Source of the DNA: Candidatus Aenigmarchaeota archaeon LH_S4
GTDB lineage: Archaea; Aenigmatarchaeota; Aenigmatarchaeia; QMZS01
Assembly (NCBI GenBank): GCA_023659975.1
Contig: JAGXOI010000001.1
Location: 1-48,268 of the forward strand
Length of the DNA stretch: 48,268 bases
Direction: 5' to 3'
The notes beneath the pieces were generated by a model. The model was not told where the DNA came from. It searched no databases and saw only the letters and a list, made by a program, of their open reading frames with translations. Position 1 is the stretch's first letter. Every line of letters starts with the position of its first letter. Positions 47,694-48,268 of this stretch are shown in pieces. Position numbers and translations under genes: made by a program.

Positions 47694-48046
47694 TATAACC
47701 CAAGTTCTTTGGAAATAGATTGCAATCCTTTTATACCAATCTCAAAAAACTTATCTTCATCTATTCCCAGTTTTTCACAGAACATAATCTTCTCTCTTGA
47801 AACATTCCTTGCAAAGTCTTTTTGCCTAAATTTCTTTTTTATACTTTTCACTTTTACTTCACTTAACTTTTTTGATGGCATTACCAGAGCAGTTGAGATT
47901 ATCAAACCCGAGAGGGCATCACTTGCAATCAAACCATAACTTTCTTTTTTGTCAGGGGTAATATTCAAATTCTCAAAGTTGTGAGATTTTATTATTTCAA
48001 TTATATTTGATTCAACCTTATCTTTTAAAATTTCTTCAGTAACCAA
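47693..48046 (-). CDS. Hypothetical protein (TTG start; possibly 5'-truncated)
   Basis: 117-aa ORF. An upstream ATG at 48081 is out of frame, and the solo hairpin repeat lies immediately upstream. Confidence 0.35.
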   Translation of the reverse strand: MVTEEILKDKVESNIIEIIKSHNFENLNITPDKKESYGLIASDALSGLIISTALVMPSKKLSEVKVKSIKKKFRQKDFARNVSREKIMFCEKLGIDEDKFFEIGIKGLQSISKELGL

Positions 48047-48079
48047 ACCATGTTTTTCAGGATTGTTTTTTGTTTTTTC

Positions 48080-48145
48080 ATAATTAACCAGAAGGCAAGG
48101 AAACTACCGATTTCAATCGTATAGAGGAATTGCCTTAAATAGTTT
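48080..48145 (-). repeat. Solo nested-hairpin element related to the IS left end (inverted partner of 75-142)
   Basis: The reverse complement reads aaactatttaaggcaattcctctatacgattgaaatcggtagtttccttgccttctggttaattat. Confidence 0.6.
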
Positions 48146-48268
48146 TCTTTCTAAATATATATATGGGACTTGTAAGAAAGACTTTGGTTTTAAATAGAAA
48201 AGAATTAACCTATAGAAAGATTTGTTAAATACAATAATTAAAGGATATTTAAAAATTCTAAACTTTAC

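Overview
This is an AT-rich archaeal chromosomal segment. Its gene content and scrambled organisation look like a small-genome, DPANN-like archaeon. Housekeeping genes present: ribosomal proteins eL21, uL5, uL4 and uL23; prefoldin alpha and beta; FtsZ; RFC large subunit; class I LysRS; SepCysS; FBP aldolase/phosphatase; archease; and a Dph6-like ligase. The 16S and 23S rRNA genes lie on the minus strand and are separated by tRNA-Ala and an opposite-strand PAP2 phosphatase gene. The most striking feature is RNA-gene architecture. All five tRNA genes (Gln, Ala, Leu, Arg, His) carry introns, 11 in total, mostly at non-canonical D-loop and T-loop positions. The 16S has a 59-nt intron in the 790 loop plus a 39-nt insertion, and the 23S has a ~135-nt intron in domain V. 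A hairpin RNA module with compensatory stem changes recurs three times: in the T-loop introns of tRNA-Ala and tRNA-Arg, and in the 23S trailer. Accessory content: two TnpB-only IS200/IS605-type elements with IS608-like TTAC/TCAA junctions and different mini-ORFs upstream of tnpB; solo hairpin repeats related to the IS left end; a LAGLIDADG intein in a type IV pilus/archaellum-type ATPase; a HEPN-MNT cassette bracketed by a duplicated uL23 3' end; a type II R-M pair; and a 2673-aa secreted C25-peptidase-like giant protein in an operon with an anchored partner. All calls come from reading the sequence and ORF translations by eye. No database search was run.
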